Assembly (NCBI RefSeq): GCF_006345805.1
Contig: NC_043008.1
Coordinates: forward strand, 31,868,001-31,932,000
Reading direction: 5' to 3'
Length of the DNA: 64,000 nt
Source of the DNA: Octopus sinensis
Lineage: Eukaryota
Below are positions 38,791 to 51,900 of this stretch, in pieces. Each line of letters opens with the position of its first letter. Positions within the stretch are counted from its first letter, which is position 1. The notes below the pieces were generated by a model. The model was not told the DNA's origin. It made no database searches and saw only the letters and a program-made list of their open reading frames with translations. A program made the translations under genes and the position numbers.

Positions 38791-40074
38791 CATACACACA
38801 TACATAGATATATATATACAAATGTGTGTGTGTGTGTGTGTATATCATCATCATCATCGTTTAACATCTGCTTTCCATTCTAGCATGGGTTGAACGATTT
38901 GACTGAGGGCTGGTGAACCAGATAGCTGCTACAATCTTGATCTGGCAGAGTTTCTACAGCTGGATGCCCTTCCTAATGCCAACCACTCTAAGAGTATAGT
39001 ATGTGCTTTTACGTGCCACTGGCACGAGGGCCACTCATGTGGTACTGGCAACAGCCACATTCAAATGGTGTTTTTTACATGCCACCTGCACAGAAACCAG
39101 TCCAGCAGCACTGGCAACAACCTCACTTGAATGCTTTTTCAAGTGCCAGTAAGGCAATGCTGGTAACGATCATGCTTGAATGGTGCTTCTTATGTGCCAC
39201 CGACACAGAAACCAGTTAGCTGCTCTAGCAACAATCGCGCTCGGATGGTGCTCTTAGTGCTCCACTAGCACGGATGCCAGTCATTGAAAGTAATAGAAAT
39301 GAAACTAATACATATGTAGATACATGACACTGCATGGACCCCTAAGGCATGTTTAAAATTTGAATGAAATAGGGCAGTTCTCGAGTTTTAGTGATGCAGG
39401 CACACACATTTCTCAGTTTTATATATATATAACAAGACTTGTATATAATTTCACTTGGTAGTCAAGTGTAAAAGTGGACCAGCAAGACAGTGTGGCAGCA
39501 GAGTTCAACCAAGGACCATGTGTGTGGTATGGCACTGGGTTGGAATTATTCTAGTCATCTTAACTGGAATTTTGACTAATTAGCCAAGGCAAATACCTTG
39601 CACCACAAGCCAAAATTTATGACCTAATACTGTGCAGATAAAGAACATTGCTAGTAGTCAATTCTTCAGTTTTGTCACCTATGTGACAGCACAATCATGA
39701 GCCAATTGGAGAAACTCTGTTCATTACTAGAAATAGCAATCAAAACTCACTGAAATCACACCAGGCCATCTTAAATTGGCACCTTGGGCAAGTGTCTTCT
39801 ACTACAGCCTTGTGAGTGGATTTGGTGGGCAGAAGCTGAAAGAAGTCGTTTTGTGCATGTGTGTGTCTTTGTCTATCTTTGTTCTCCCACCACCAATACT
39901 TGACAACTGATGGTATGTTTATATCCCTGTAACTTAGCAGTTCAGTGAAAGAGAACAATAGAATAAATATCAGGCTTAGAATGAAAATAAGTACTGGGGT
40001 CAATAAGTTGGGCTAAAAATTCCTTAATGTGGTGTCCCAACATGGCTGCAGTCTACAAACTGAAACCAAAGATA

Positions 40075-41308
40075 TTAGGTCATCCCATAAATAATGTGGT
40101 TTTCTCAATTGCATGAACTAAAACTCAGAGGGAGACAGGACAAACTACCTGCATCAACTTGCTATAAAAGCAAGTAGCAATTTTACCTTGTACTTATTCT
40201 TAGTGCAAGTTTTGAAGAGTGCAGTTTGATTTTTAACTGCTGCTTTTTCAAAGCTATGATGGAAGTGACAAAGGAGAATATTCGGAATATTTTGCTTTGA
40301 GTTCAATAAAGGCAACAATGCAACGGAAAGTATGAGTATTAATGTAGTATATGGGAATTGGACAAGTAGTGTAAGCCAGTGGTCAACGATTGTTCCAGAA
40401 GATGAGCCTCATCCTGGAAAATATGTAAAGCTTGACAAGGATGTCCTGCAAACCCTGGTGGAACAAAATTCCGCCTTAACTTGAACTAGCAGAGAAGCTT
40501 GGATTTGGTCATTCAACCACACATCGACACCTGTGTGCCATCAGAAGTCAGCAAACTGGATCAGTGGGTTCCTCACAAACTTTCTGAGTCTAATCGCATG
40601 CAGAGAGTGAATGTGTGCTCTTCTTTGCTGTCACATCTCACAAATGAACCGTTTTTGGACCAAATAGTAACTGGTGACGAGAAATGGGTTCTCTATAAAA
40701 ATGTCAAGGGCTGAAGACAGTGAGTAGGGAAAGAAGAAACACCAGCATCCCAGGCTAAAGAAGATCTTCACCAACATAAGGTGTCATTATCTGTTTGGTG
40801 GGATATGAAAGGTTTAGTCCACTTCGAACTTTTAAACCTAAACCAAACAACAACAAAGGAGATCTACTAAGAGCAGCTTAAGTCAGTGCCAGAAGAAAAA
40901 CGACCATCTTTGGTTTCAAGACAAAAGGTGTTCTTCCATCAGGATAATGCTCAGCTATGTACAGTGAGGATGACATTCCAAAGGTTGGAGCAGTTTGAAT
41001 GGGAAACGATGCCCCACTCACCATATTTACCAGACATTGCCCCATCTGATTATCATTCTACAGTCTTCAAAATCATTTGGAAGGAAAAAATATGAATTCT
41101 GTAGATAAGGTTAGAACAGTATTGGAGGAGTATTTTTCATCATGGCTAAGTGAATTTTAGAAGAGGGGCCTTGCAAGTCTACCAGATAGATGGAAGAGCA
41201 TTGTAGAAAATGAAGGATAGTATATTTTAGATTAAGAAAGAACTTTGTTTATTTTAATCTTGAAAAATAGAAGTATATAAAAATTGCATTATTTATGGGA
41301 TGACCCAA
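40075..41308 (+). mobile_element. Mariner transposon (cecropia-like TIRs), full length but decayed
   Basis: TIRs TTAGGTCATCCCATAAATAATG...CATTATTTATGGGATGACCCAA. Relic motifs WVPHKL, VTGDEKWVLY, HQDNA, HSPYLPDIAPSDYH, with multiple stops. Confidence 0.9.
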
Positions 41309-42398
41309 TGGGAAACTATTGACTTACTTGGAAGCAGGTGAAGGTTGGTAATAAGAAGAGCATCCAGCAGAAAATCTGCTGCAACAAATTCCATCCAACT
41401 CATGCAAACATAGAAAAGACATTAAAATGATGATGATGATGATGATGATGGGAACATACATTTTAAAAAGTGATAAAAATATTGCTAATCTACAAAAGAA
41501 AAAAGATATTTTGAAATAGCTATTTGGTGTAAATACACAAAATAAATTTATTCATCAGTCACCAAATAAAACAGAAGTGGGGAATAGCTAAGTGGTCTTA
41601 AAAATAGCAATTGGAGTACTCTTGAATAAAGCTAATAACTTTTAAACAAGTTCAAAATCAGCTGAGAAATGCAAACATCAGATGAGAGAAAAGTAAATAC
41701 AATTAATGAGAAATTGGGTCAAAAGCAGTAAAACACTTCCATAGATAGGGGAAGGGAAAATGGAAAGTGGAGCTTCTTCTTCAGACGAAGGAGATACGTT
41801 TTGCTCTGGAAAACAGTCTAGGGGGAGAAGAACTTCAGCCCATGCAAGTGTACAGTAGCTTGGTAAAATCAGAACTGTACAAAGTCCAAAACTTATACTC
41901 AAGAATTATCCATACGTACATATTTATCGTCATTATCATTGTTTTAATGATGATGGTGATATATAGATATATATATATCTTAACTCTTATCTTATGATAA
42001 AAGGCAGATTTTCTCTGCCTGTTCCCATGTTCCTTTTTAATACAATTCTACAATATAGAATTTCTTCAATTGGAATTTACCTATGATTTTTCCAAGTAGA
42101 TTCGATTGGGTCATGGCATGTAAAGTTTTTTCAATTTGACCCCCAATTAAGCAAAAATTCGAGAAAGCTCAATATTTTACGATTTGCCTCTCTCATTTCA
42201 AGTGGTTTACTCCTGCTATTACTTCTACTTTCTCTTTGCAAGTGTGAAACTATCAAAGTGAAAGTATTATATAACAGGGATGAGCCATTAATAGTGGTCA
42301 TCCTTTTTGCTTGAGGAAGATCCGCTATGGTCTTATATGCTACACCACTGGTTTTCAATTCATATTAATCAAATTAATATTCAATTTTTCACCCTTAT

Positions 42399-42435
<37 letters not shown>

Positions 42436-43241
42436 TAGCAATTCGTATAAAATTGCATCAATGACTTTAACTTGAATAAGTGTTTTCACATAAATGGGGA
42501 TAAATTAAAAAGGATTGTTGTTATTATTATTACTGTTTGACTATTGTAATCACGTTTGTTGGTTCCTCATCAGGGAAACGTTGTTGTGTTGCATTTGTTA
42601 AATAATTGTAAACCGTAACCCTCCCCCTTTCAGAGAAGGGGCTTTGGTTATTGTTTAAAAATTGAATTGTGTCCCTGTTTGGGGAAATTGACAATATTTT
42701 CACCGTCTTTACGGAAGCATTTTTGTTAAAATGCCTTCGATAGAAGAAAGTCCAAAAATGAATTTTGCTGCAGCAGTACACTTCTATACAAGAGGGAGGA
42801 CAAGATCCAATTGATCGAAATTGCAAGAGACGGGCCTACAATTCCAGTCTGTTATATATTTTGAGTATTGTTATCACTAGCGATATCAAGATATAACTTT
42901 GTATTTTGTATTTTATGTGTAGATGTATGTATATAGATGTACATGTAATATGTACACATATATATACACATATATACATGCATAATATATCTACCCATAC
43001 ACACATACGCACACACACACACATACATAGGGGCAGGTGTGGCTGTGTGGTAACAAACTATGTTCCAAACCCATGGTCCTGGGTTCAGTCCCACTGTGTG
43101 GTGACTTGGTATGTGTCTTCTGCTGTAGCCTCAGACCAACAAAAGCCTTCTCATTGGATTTTGTACATATATACAGGCATACATACATATTGATATGGGG
43201 GTCAGTTCAGTTCAGAAAATAAGAGTGTTGCAACCTACTTT

Positions 43242-44121
43242 TGTGATTTGGCGTCAGGGAGACGGGTAAATCTTTTGTTCTGTCAGTTTCTGGGTAGCTT
43301 TATGTATTCGGAGGAGACCTTTGACCCTCTGCCGGTCAAGGAAAGTTTAAGAGACCACCTTTTAAAATGCGATGCGCTGGGAGTGAGTCGACAGTCGGGA
43401 ACAGAGTGAGTTGGTAACAGGGAGTTCTGCCGGAGACAGTGAATGTGAGGGATGACAAGCGAGAGGAAGACAGGCAGATAGGATTAAGAAGAGCGAGAGA
43501 GAGGGACTACGGCATGAAGGCATTGGCTATTCGTAGTAGGAGTTGTAACTAGAAAATGTAACGGTATGTGTTGTTTATGTTTTGATGTGAATTGTGTTAA
43601 AAAGAGTTGTGTTAAGGAAAAGAATTGTTGAACTAAAAAGAATTGATGTGTTAAAAAAGGAGGAAGAAGTACTGAATTAAGGAAAAGAACTGTGTTACAG
43701 AGTTGTGTCGTAAAGAAAGAGAAAGACTTTAATGTGATTTGAACTTTGAACTGTATCGTGAATTGAACTGATTTGTCACTGTGCTATATCGTGAACATTC
43801 TGTTTTGATTCGATGTGAACTGTTTAAATGCTTTGATTTTGTTGTTTCCTTGTTTTCTTGCATGTATTTTCTTTAATGTATCTGCTATGTATCACATTGT
43901 ATTTGATGTCATAATTGTTATAAACTGTTGTTAAACTTAAGCCAATTGCCTTCCGCCGTCTCTCTCTGTATCTCTTCCTGCTGCTGTTGTTGTTGTTCTC
44001 TCCGGTCGCCAGTTGCTGGGTCTGCTGCCATTCTCCCCCACTGAATTCTCTCCTTCCGTGGCGAATTCCCCGTTCGATCGAGCCGGTCAATCGTCGTCGC
44101 TCAACTAGACATGTTTTCACA
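43242..44121 (+). mobile_element. Possible solo LTR
   Basis: TGTGA...TCACA termini and a GC/CpG-richer block with TATA-like and purine-rich segments. No TSD recognised. Confidence 0.35.
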
Positions 44122-44467
44122 GAAGACTAGAAATGAAGAATACTGCTTGCATGATGGTTACAATCCTTTACAACTATCACAAAACGTAAGGAGGTAGTGA
44201 AAAATGCACCCACACAAGTACACATATATATTTCGCTTAAGCATTGCGAGGCGAATAACCTGGTGTAGAACTCAGTATACATATACTTTAGAACAAAGCA
44301 TTAGTCGAGTACAGAGCGGTAATAAAGAAATTAAATGGCAAGAGAAAAAACAATTAGCTTATGAACTTCATTAGCTGACAGCTGTTTCTGCTTTAAGATG
44401 CAGTGGACTCACAGTTGCGTGCCTGAGTAACACCTTATAGCTTCATTCGAGCCTCAAATAGGAACTG

Positions 44468-44502
<35 letters not shown>

Positions 44503-47081
44503 TAGGCTTAAAAAAGCCCTTATTGTTGGTTTCCTTATCCTGTTTTTATTCTTTATATGTACTGTATTTTTATTTATTTGTATTGCTTTTACGTCCTGTT
44601 CTTGTCACTTTTTTTTTTTTACCCCTCTGCAAAAGAATTTTATTTAATTCATTTTGCAGGAAGGACTGCTTCGGCCGGATCGTGTTCTGCCCTTATCTTC
44701 GAAACACACATTGAGTCGAACCAGGGGCAGCTGATGAAGGGGAATATTCCTTGTATTGTTTGTCTTGTACTCTGTTTTTTCGTTGTTAAAAAAAGTCCGT
44801 TTGTTTTTATGTTTTCGTTTCTCGTTGTGTTCTACATTTATTTGTGGTGTCCTGTACTCATATATATATATATATATGCATGTATATATACATATAGATG
44901 TAGGTATGTAATGGGAAGCTTTATGAAAATAAACAAAAGACGAAAGGAGGTGGAGTACAAACAAACAATTGTATTAGTATGGCGCTCAGGAATAGAAATA
45001 AAACAAGTCTTTTACGTTTCGAGCCTATGCTCTTCAACAGAAAGATACACAGAAAAGAAACACGGAGAAAAGCAAGGAGAGAAAAAATGCATGCAGGAGC
45101 TAACGAATCAACATGGCGGTCTGATTTCGGCCAGAAGTCAGAGATCAGACGTGAGACGCAAGAGGGAAAGTAGGGGAGATAACAGGGTCAAATGACTTCG
45201 CCCCAACATAAGGGTGCGTGTGTGTATGAGAGAGTATGTATGTGCGTATGAGAGGTCTGGACGTGTGTATGTATGAATGATGTGATGTGTAATGTCGTAT
45301 GGTGTAGTGTAGAGAGAGGAGATGAGGGGGAGAGGGGAGGAGGAGGGAGGAGAGATGAGGGGGAGGGGGAGAGGGGGAGAGATATATGTATGTATGTATG
45401 CATATGTTTTATTTGTTAAATTGTTTTATATTTATATATATATATATTATATATATATATATATATACTAAATTTATAATTGTATACATAATTATATTAA
45501 AGAGATCGGAATAACTTTTCTGACACATTAGAGATAGATCCCAAATGGCACTAAAAATCACCTTATCTCTCCTACAGCACAGGTTATAAACAGGCAAATG
45601 AAAAATAATGAATACAACTTTCCAGTTAATTGTGTATAGGATCAATTTCAAGATAAATGCAATGAAATACATACTGCCATCTTCAGCACATTATTCTGAA
45701 GTGTCTAATCACAAGTATTTATACATACCCATATGAACACCAAAGCTGCACGACCATATACATACATTTGCCTGTATATACTTGAGAAGGTCAAATTTAC
45801 ATTTTTCATTTCAACCACGTGCTTTTTATCAAAATAACCTTGAAGCAAATGCGCTTTTGATCAGGAACAAAAATATTTTCATTTTTATTCATTATAGAAT
45901 TAAGAATAAGATCATTTTAATAAATTTATCAAGTGGTCAGCATGAAATAAAAACCTCGTAGATAATTTTTATATACTAAATTTATAATTACATACATAAT
46001 TATATTAAAGAGATCAGAATAACCTTTCTATCACACTAGAGATAGACACCAAATGGCACTAAAACTCAGCTTATTTCTCCTACAGCACAGGTTGTAAATG
46101 GGCAAATGAAAAATAATAAAGCAAACTTCTTAACCATACAGATACATTTATGCCTATGTATATATATATATATATCAGGAGCATGTGGTGATCTCTCTAG
46201 CTGGGGAAGCACTGACTAAAATTTTCCGTCACATAGATATTTGAATCAAATTGACATGTTCATATTATACAGCTATTTTTAAAATTAAAAAAGTCACATT
46301 TTATATTAACAGTGTTTTGTAATTTGAAATGTATAAAATAATAGTTGAATAAATGCAGAAAACTACACACATGTTATCTTTCCGCCGTTTTTCTGATGGA
46401 AGCAAAATGTCAACTTGCTTCACTTTTCTTATGTAAGTGTTAAAAAACAACATAAGATTATATATATCATAGGTATTGCGAATTGACAGAAACTTAATCT
46501 AAGTGTAAGCATCTAAAACTATTCATTATAATACTCTTACTAGAAAAAAAAATTGTCTGTAGCAGTTTTATAGGAAAAAATGTTAAAATATTACACCGTA
46601 AAGGATGCAACAGCTTGTGTTGCTTCCCTTGCACAGATTTTTTTCTTGTGTCATCTGCCACTGCATGTCATCTCATGCTAATTCCGACTATAAAAGTCTG
46701 AAGCCTGTGATGTCATGTAGTTTATATTAATTTTACAGAACATAAGAACAATCTTTTGAAAAATAAGTAATATAGTTTCAATTTTATTTCTATAATTTTT
46801 AAGGGAAGCATTACTTCTCTTGCTTCCATGGACCGCACGCCTATGATATATATTAAATTCCTTAGTCTCTTACACTTAATAGCTTCTCACCTTATTTGGG
46901 ATATTCTTATTAAAGGAAAAATCAACAGGCATGGCTGTGTGGTAAGAAGTTTTCTTCCCAACCACATGGTCCCAGGTTCAGTCCAACTGCACGGCACCTT
47001 GGGTAAGTGTCTTCTACTATATAGTTTTGGGTCAACCAAAGCCTTGTAAGCAGATTTAGCAGAAAGAAACTAAAGGAAACC

Positions 47082-47121
<40 letters not shown>

Positions 47122-47616
47122 GTGTTTATCCCCCACCACAGCTTGACAACCGACATTGGTGTGTTTACATCCCCATAAGTTAGCAGTTCAGCAAAAGAAC
47201 CAATAGAATAAGTACCAGGCTTTAAAAAATATGTCCTGGGATCAATTCATTCAACTAAGAATTCTTCAAGGCAATGCTCCAGCATGACCACAGTCTGTTG
47301 ATTGAAACAACTAAAATATAAGGATATAAGTGTGTGTTCTTGTGTTGTATGAATATGTGTGTGTGGTATGTGTTTGTGTGTATGTGTTTCCATATGTACA
47401 TATGTACTCATCCTATTAGGAATTTTAGTTTATTTTGAGCAGCCATTAGGTCAGATCCATTAAAGTATGTGTGCATGTGTGTGTGTGTATATGTGCGTAT
47501 GAATGTACATATATATATATATATACTCTTCCTATTTGGAATTTTAGAGTTTAAGTGGCCACCTGATCAGTGTCAATAAAGTATGTAGGCATGTATGTAT
47601 CTGAATATATGTGTGA

Positions 47617-47660
<44 letters not shown>

Positions 47661-47840
47661 TGTGTGTGTAGGTGTATTTGTAAGTGTGTGGGGGAGGTAT
47701 TTTCTACTTTACTGGAGTGTCAGCATTAATACTGACTAATCACCTGCTCAGCAACAAGCTTATAATAGGAAGATCTTGTTCATTGCACCATCCTATAGAC
47801 AACCATTCACCCTTTGAATTTAACTCTTATACTGGGGATA

Positions 47841-49640
47841 TGAGGGTTGGCTGAAAAGTTTGTAGGTTGACCAAAATACTCCCATGGAATGAGACCAAAT
47901 GAGATATTTTTCAACATAGTTCTCCTTCTGGTCCACACACTTCCGTCAGTTTCACAGTACTTGAATCCAATTGGTGATGAAGTTTTTATCCTGTTGGTCA
48001 AACACGTCATCAACAGCAGATATGATGTACCATACGAGTGAGATCGTTGCCAGAGCAACAAGCTGGCCTCCATGCTGATGGCACGTTACAAACACCATTT
48101 GAGCGTGGTCGTTACCTGCGTCGCCTTATTGGCACTTGTGCTGGTGGCACGTGAAAAAGCATTCGAGCGAGGTCATTGCCAGTGCCGCTGGACAGGCTCC
48201 TGTGCAGGTGACACATAAAAAGCACCATTTGAGTGTGGCCGTTGCCAGTACCGCCTGACCGGCCCTTGTGCCAGTGGCACGTTAAAGCACCCACTACACT
48301 CTCAGAGTGGTTGGCGTTAGGAAGGGCATCCAACTGCAGAAACTCTGCCAGATTAGGTTGGAGTCTGGTGCAGCCAACTGGTTCACCAGATCTCAGTCAA
48401 ATCGTCCAACCCATGCTAGCATCGAAAGCAGACGTTAAACGATGATGATGATGATTACTGTGGTACTAATTTCCAGTCAAGTGTTTTTGATGTTGGAGAA
48501 CAGATGATAGTCAGACGGGATCAAATCAAGAGAATAGGGAAGGTGATCAAGCAATTCAAAGCCGCAATCACATACAACAGCCATTGAAACCAAAGATTTG
48601 TGTGCTGCAGCATTTTTCTGATGAAACATGACACCTTTCATCAATTTTTCTGAGCTTTTATTTACAATAGTCTTATGAAACTGCCTTAACAAGTTGATAT
48701 AGTACTCTCGATTGATGGTGTGGCCCTTTTGAAGATAGTCAATAAACTCAATGCCTTTTGCATCCCAAAAAACTGAAGTCATCACTCGCCCTGCAGATGA
48801 AGCAACCTTAGCCTTCTTTGGACAAGGTGATGAGGGTTTTCCCACTGCATGGATTGTCACTTTGTCACTGATGCAAAGTGATGAAGCCAATACTCATCCT
48901 GTGTGCAGTGTGATGGAGGAAAAAGACAACAGAAAAAGAAGCAAAAGGGAGAAAGAAATACAGAGACCTTACCTGTTGACCGAGGCGGGATGAGCGATCA
49001 CTGTCAGGAAAAAAAAAACACGTCCTTGCATGCTCCCATCTCTCTTCGAACTTCCCCGTGTGCATTTTGCCCACGCATACCTCCATGGATCTTCCGCCGG
49101 CCCCTGCAGTCTTCACTTCTATTTACCTCATCTGCAATCTTCTCCACCAACACCACATAGCTCATCACAGCCCATAACACCACAAACACCACACTGGGTT
49201 AGGAAACATTCAAGGAAACCATCTGGATCTGCCTTAAAGAAATTCAGATTTTCCCGTGATGTGATCAGCCTGATGCACATTTGATCAGGTGTCAGAAGAC
49301 ATGGCACTCAACAAGCAGAAACACTTCATCATGCCAAGTTGATTGTGCAGAATATTCTCAGCTTTGTCATGATATATGCTAATAGCATTGGCTATTTAAT
49401 TTATAGTCAATCACTGGTCATCTATCACCATATGGTGAATACTATCAATATTTTCTTTAGTGGTGGCAGTTGCAGGACCTCCAGACTTTGGGTCATTATC
49501 AACACTCTCCCTATCCCTCCTAAATTCAGCTACCCACTTTTGCACTGTTGATAAAGCTAGAACATCACTCCCTAATGTGGAAACCATATCATCCTGAATG
49601 TCATTGTGGGCTAAACCCTTTTTCTGCAGGTACATCATCA
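47841..49640 (-). mobile_element. Decayed mariner transposon with nested insertions
   Basis: TA+TGAGGGTTGGCTGAAAAGTT TIR at 47841. Minus-strand ORFs contain VFWDAKGI, HLPYSLDLIPSDYHLF and an N-terminal HTH region (YLQKKGL...VQKWVAEFRR). Confidence 0.85.
48030..48455 (+). mobile_element. Retroelement with (GAT)n tail (RTE-type 3' end) and internal ~45-50 bp tandem units
   Basis: GGAAGGGCATCCA..CCAACCCATGCTAGCAT..GACGTTAAACGATGATG. Same family at ~21920-22255, 27268-27660, 38845-39290. Confidence 0.7.
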
Positions 49641-51529
49641 GCAACATAGCTAGAGCATATATCACTTGAGGCAGCTCTTGAGTTTGCCCCTCCTGTACAA
49701 GTCTCCCAGGTTTACTACAGTAGACTCAAAAGTGTCCTCCCACCTACAAAACATTACCCAAGGTGAAATACCTCCCCCTTTGCCATTCTCTTTGTCATCC
49801 CACTAGCTATGATACTACACATCATGCTTTATGGGTAGGTAGTATCTAATGTCATTCTTTCACAGTGGCTAATATCTTCAGTTGCTAGCAGATACTTTTT
49901 TGTCTTTTGTACATAATGTGCTGTACCTGATAGGAAATTCTTGCACTGGGATTGCATGGAGTTAATATCAACAGTGTTTTATTATAAATTTGTCAGTACT
50001 TCACATCAGGCTTTTAGTGTTGGAGGTTCCTTCTTGGCACTATGATTTTCCCTTCAAGTACTCATGTATAACCTTCCTGTGAAAGTGATTTATTTTTCTG
50101 AGTCTGATGTAGGATTAAGAAAGATTTTCCAATGTTATTTGGAGAGAAGGCAAATTTTATTTCATGTTTCTTCACAAGTTTTCCAGTTATCCAAATGATA
50201 TTTAATTTTCATGCTCACAAGCTTGAGTTTAAGAAATTGTCTTTTTTCCTTCCTCAACTGGAGATTTTACTTCAGTGTCACAATCTGGGTCCTGTGTGAG
50301 GTTAACATAAATTTAAAGCAACAATGGCTGAAATGGAGTGGTTGCTGAATGTGAAGGAAGGCTGTGCTGTTGATGAAGATGATGATGTTGATGCTGACTC
50401 CAAGAAAGAAGAACACCAACCAAAGTTGTGATAACCAAATTTATTTACTGTTACTGTTTCTGAATGCCAGACGACGATGAGCAGGCATACATATAAACAA
50501 ACAGTATTGAAAAAAGTTATATGTTTTCATGTGGTAGTGCTTCTGTTAGGCTATGGTTGACAGCTAGATAGCAAGGAGAGAGAGATAGAATGAGTGTATG
50601 TGGTTGGAAGTTTATAAAGTTGATAGCGTAAAAATTACATGTACCCTGTGGTTCTCAGCAGTAGTTGATAGACAGATAGAGTGAAGATGCTAGTAAGCCA
50701 GTGAGAGAAAGGTAGAGAGTGACTGGTGGGATGGCTGTATTCATTGTTGAAATGCGATGTGGCAGTCAAGAACACTTTGCAGTGTGGTGGTCGAGGCTCT
50801 CTCTATTTTCTGCTTATGGAGTGCTGGTATTTATAACAGCACATTCCAGCTAGATAAACGGAGAAACCATAATAAGAACAGCTTATACTAATTTAGGTCA
50901 TTTGAACTCTCCCTGACACAACCAGGACAAGGGCCATATGGCCAGGGAGAATTTCCAGATACGGTTTCAAATCTAAAATAAGGCCAATCGAGGTCCCATA
51001 TGGCCATTTTTCTTTCTTGCATGGGAAATATAATGTCTGCATCATCAGTGAGGCTGAAATTTCCAGTAACACTAAGTAGTTTCTGAGGGGAGGTGTTAGG
51101 AAGGGCATCCAGCCATAAAAGCCATGCCAAAAAACAGACAGTGAAGCCTGGTGCTGTCTTCTGGCTTGTCAGCTCCTGTCAAACCGTCCAACCTATGCCA
51201 GCATGGAAAATGGACATCAAATGAAGATGATGATGATGATGATGATCTCAATAAATTCTTTATTGACTAATTCAGGAGGCCATATGTTGATGCCAAAATA
51301 GACATTGCAAAAATGATGTGAGTAATGTTTGTTGTAAGCTGAGAGTTCTGATGACTATATTTTCTCTGTTGTCTTGAAGCATGCATTCCTTCCCCTCACC
51401 CTCTCTGACATTCTTGTCCTGTCCAAGACAAGTAGTTCTCAATGCAAATGTAAGGGCTGTATTAGAGAAGGGCACAAGATTTCCTCATCTTTCTCCAAAA
51501 ATGCATATTTGGACTAATTTCGTTCTACT

Positions 51530-51900
51530 GTCAGTGGAATATTGGGTAATGAGTTCCAATTGCTTTTTGATGTTGTTACTAAACAGGGTGCATAGCTTGG
51601 AGATCAGGAAGTCTCTCCAGGTCAGACTATGACTTGTCTTCACTGAAAGGTCACAGATCTGGTACAATGGACATGTAATTGAAACACCACAGGAAAGAAT
51701 CACAAGACAGATTTTTCCAGTTGAGCCAACCAGCAGGAGACCTAGAGATAGACTGAGAATGTGATGGTTGGATGATATCCATCGTCTCAGTTGGTCACAC
51801 TTGGGAATCCAACCAGAAAGTCTAATGATGGTTGCTTCTGATGGGACCCTGTGAAGAAAGAGCCTGAGGACTCTACACCCATGACCAAACCAGGAATAGT
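51530..51900 (+). mobile_element. RTE LINE ORF C-terminal remnant
   Basis: Translates to WYNGHV..ERITRQIF..RRPRDR..WLDDI. A related piece lies on the minus strand at ~61470-61720. Confidence 0.55.

Noticed and set aside
41678-42826. Short ORFs between the two ALDH genes as an extra host gene
   Set aside because: No consistent splice structure or recognisable host domain; more likely decayed transposon (possibly Helitron) sequence.
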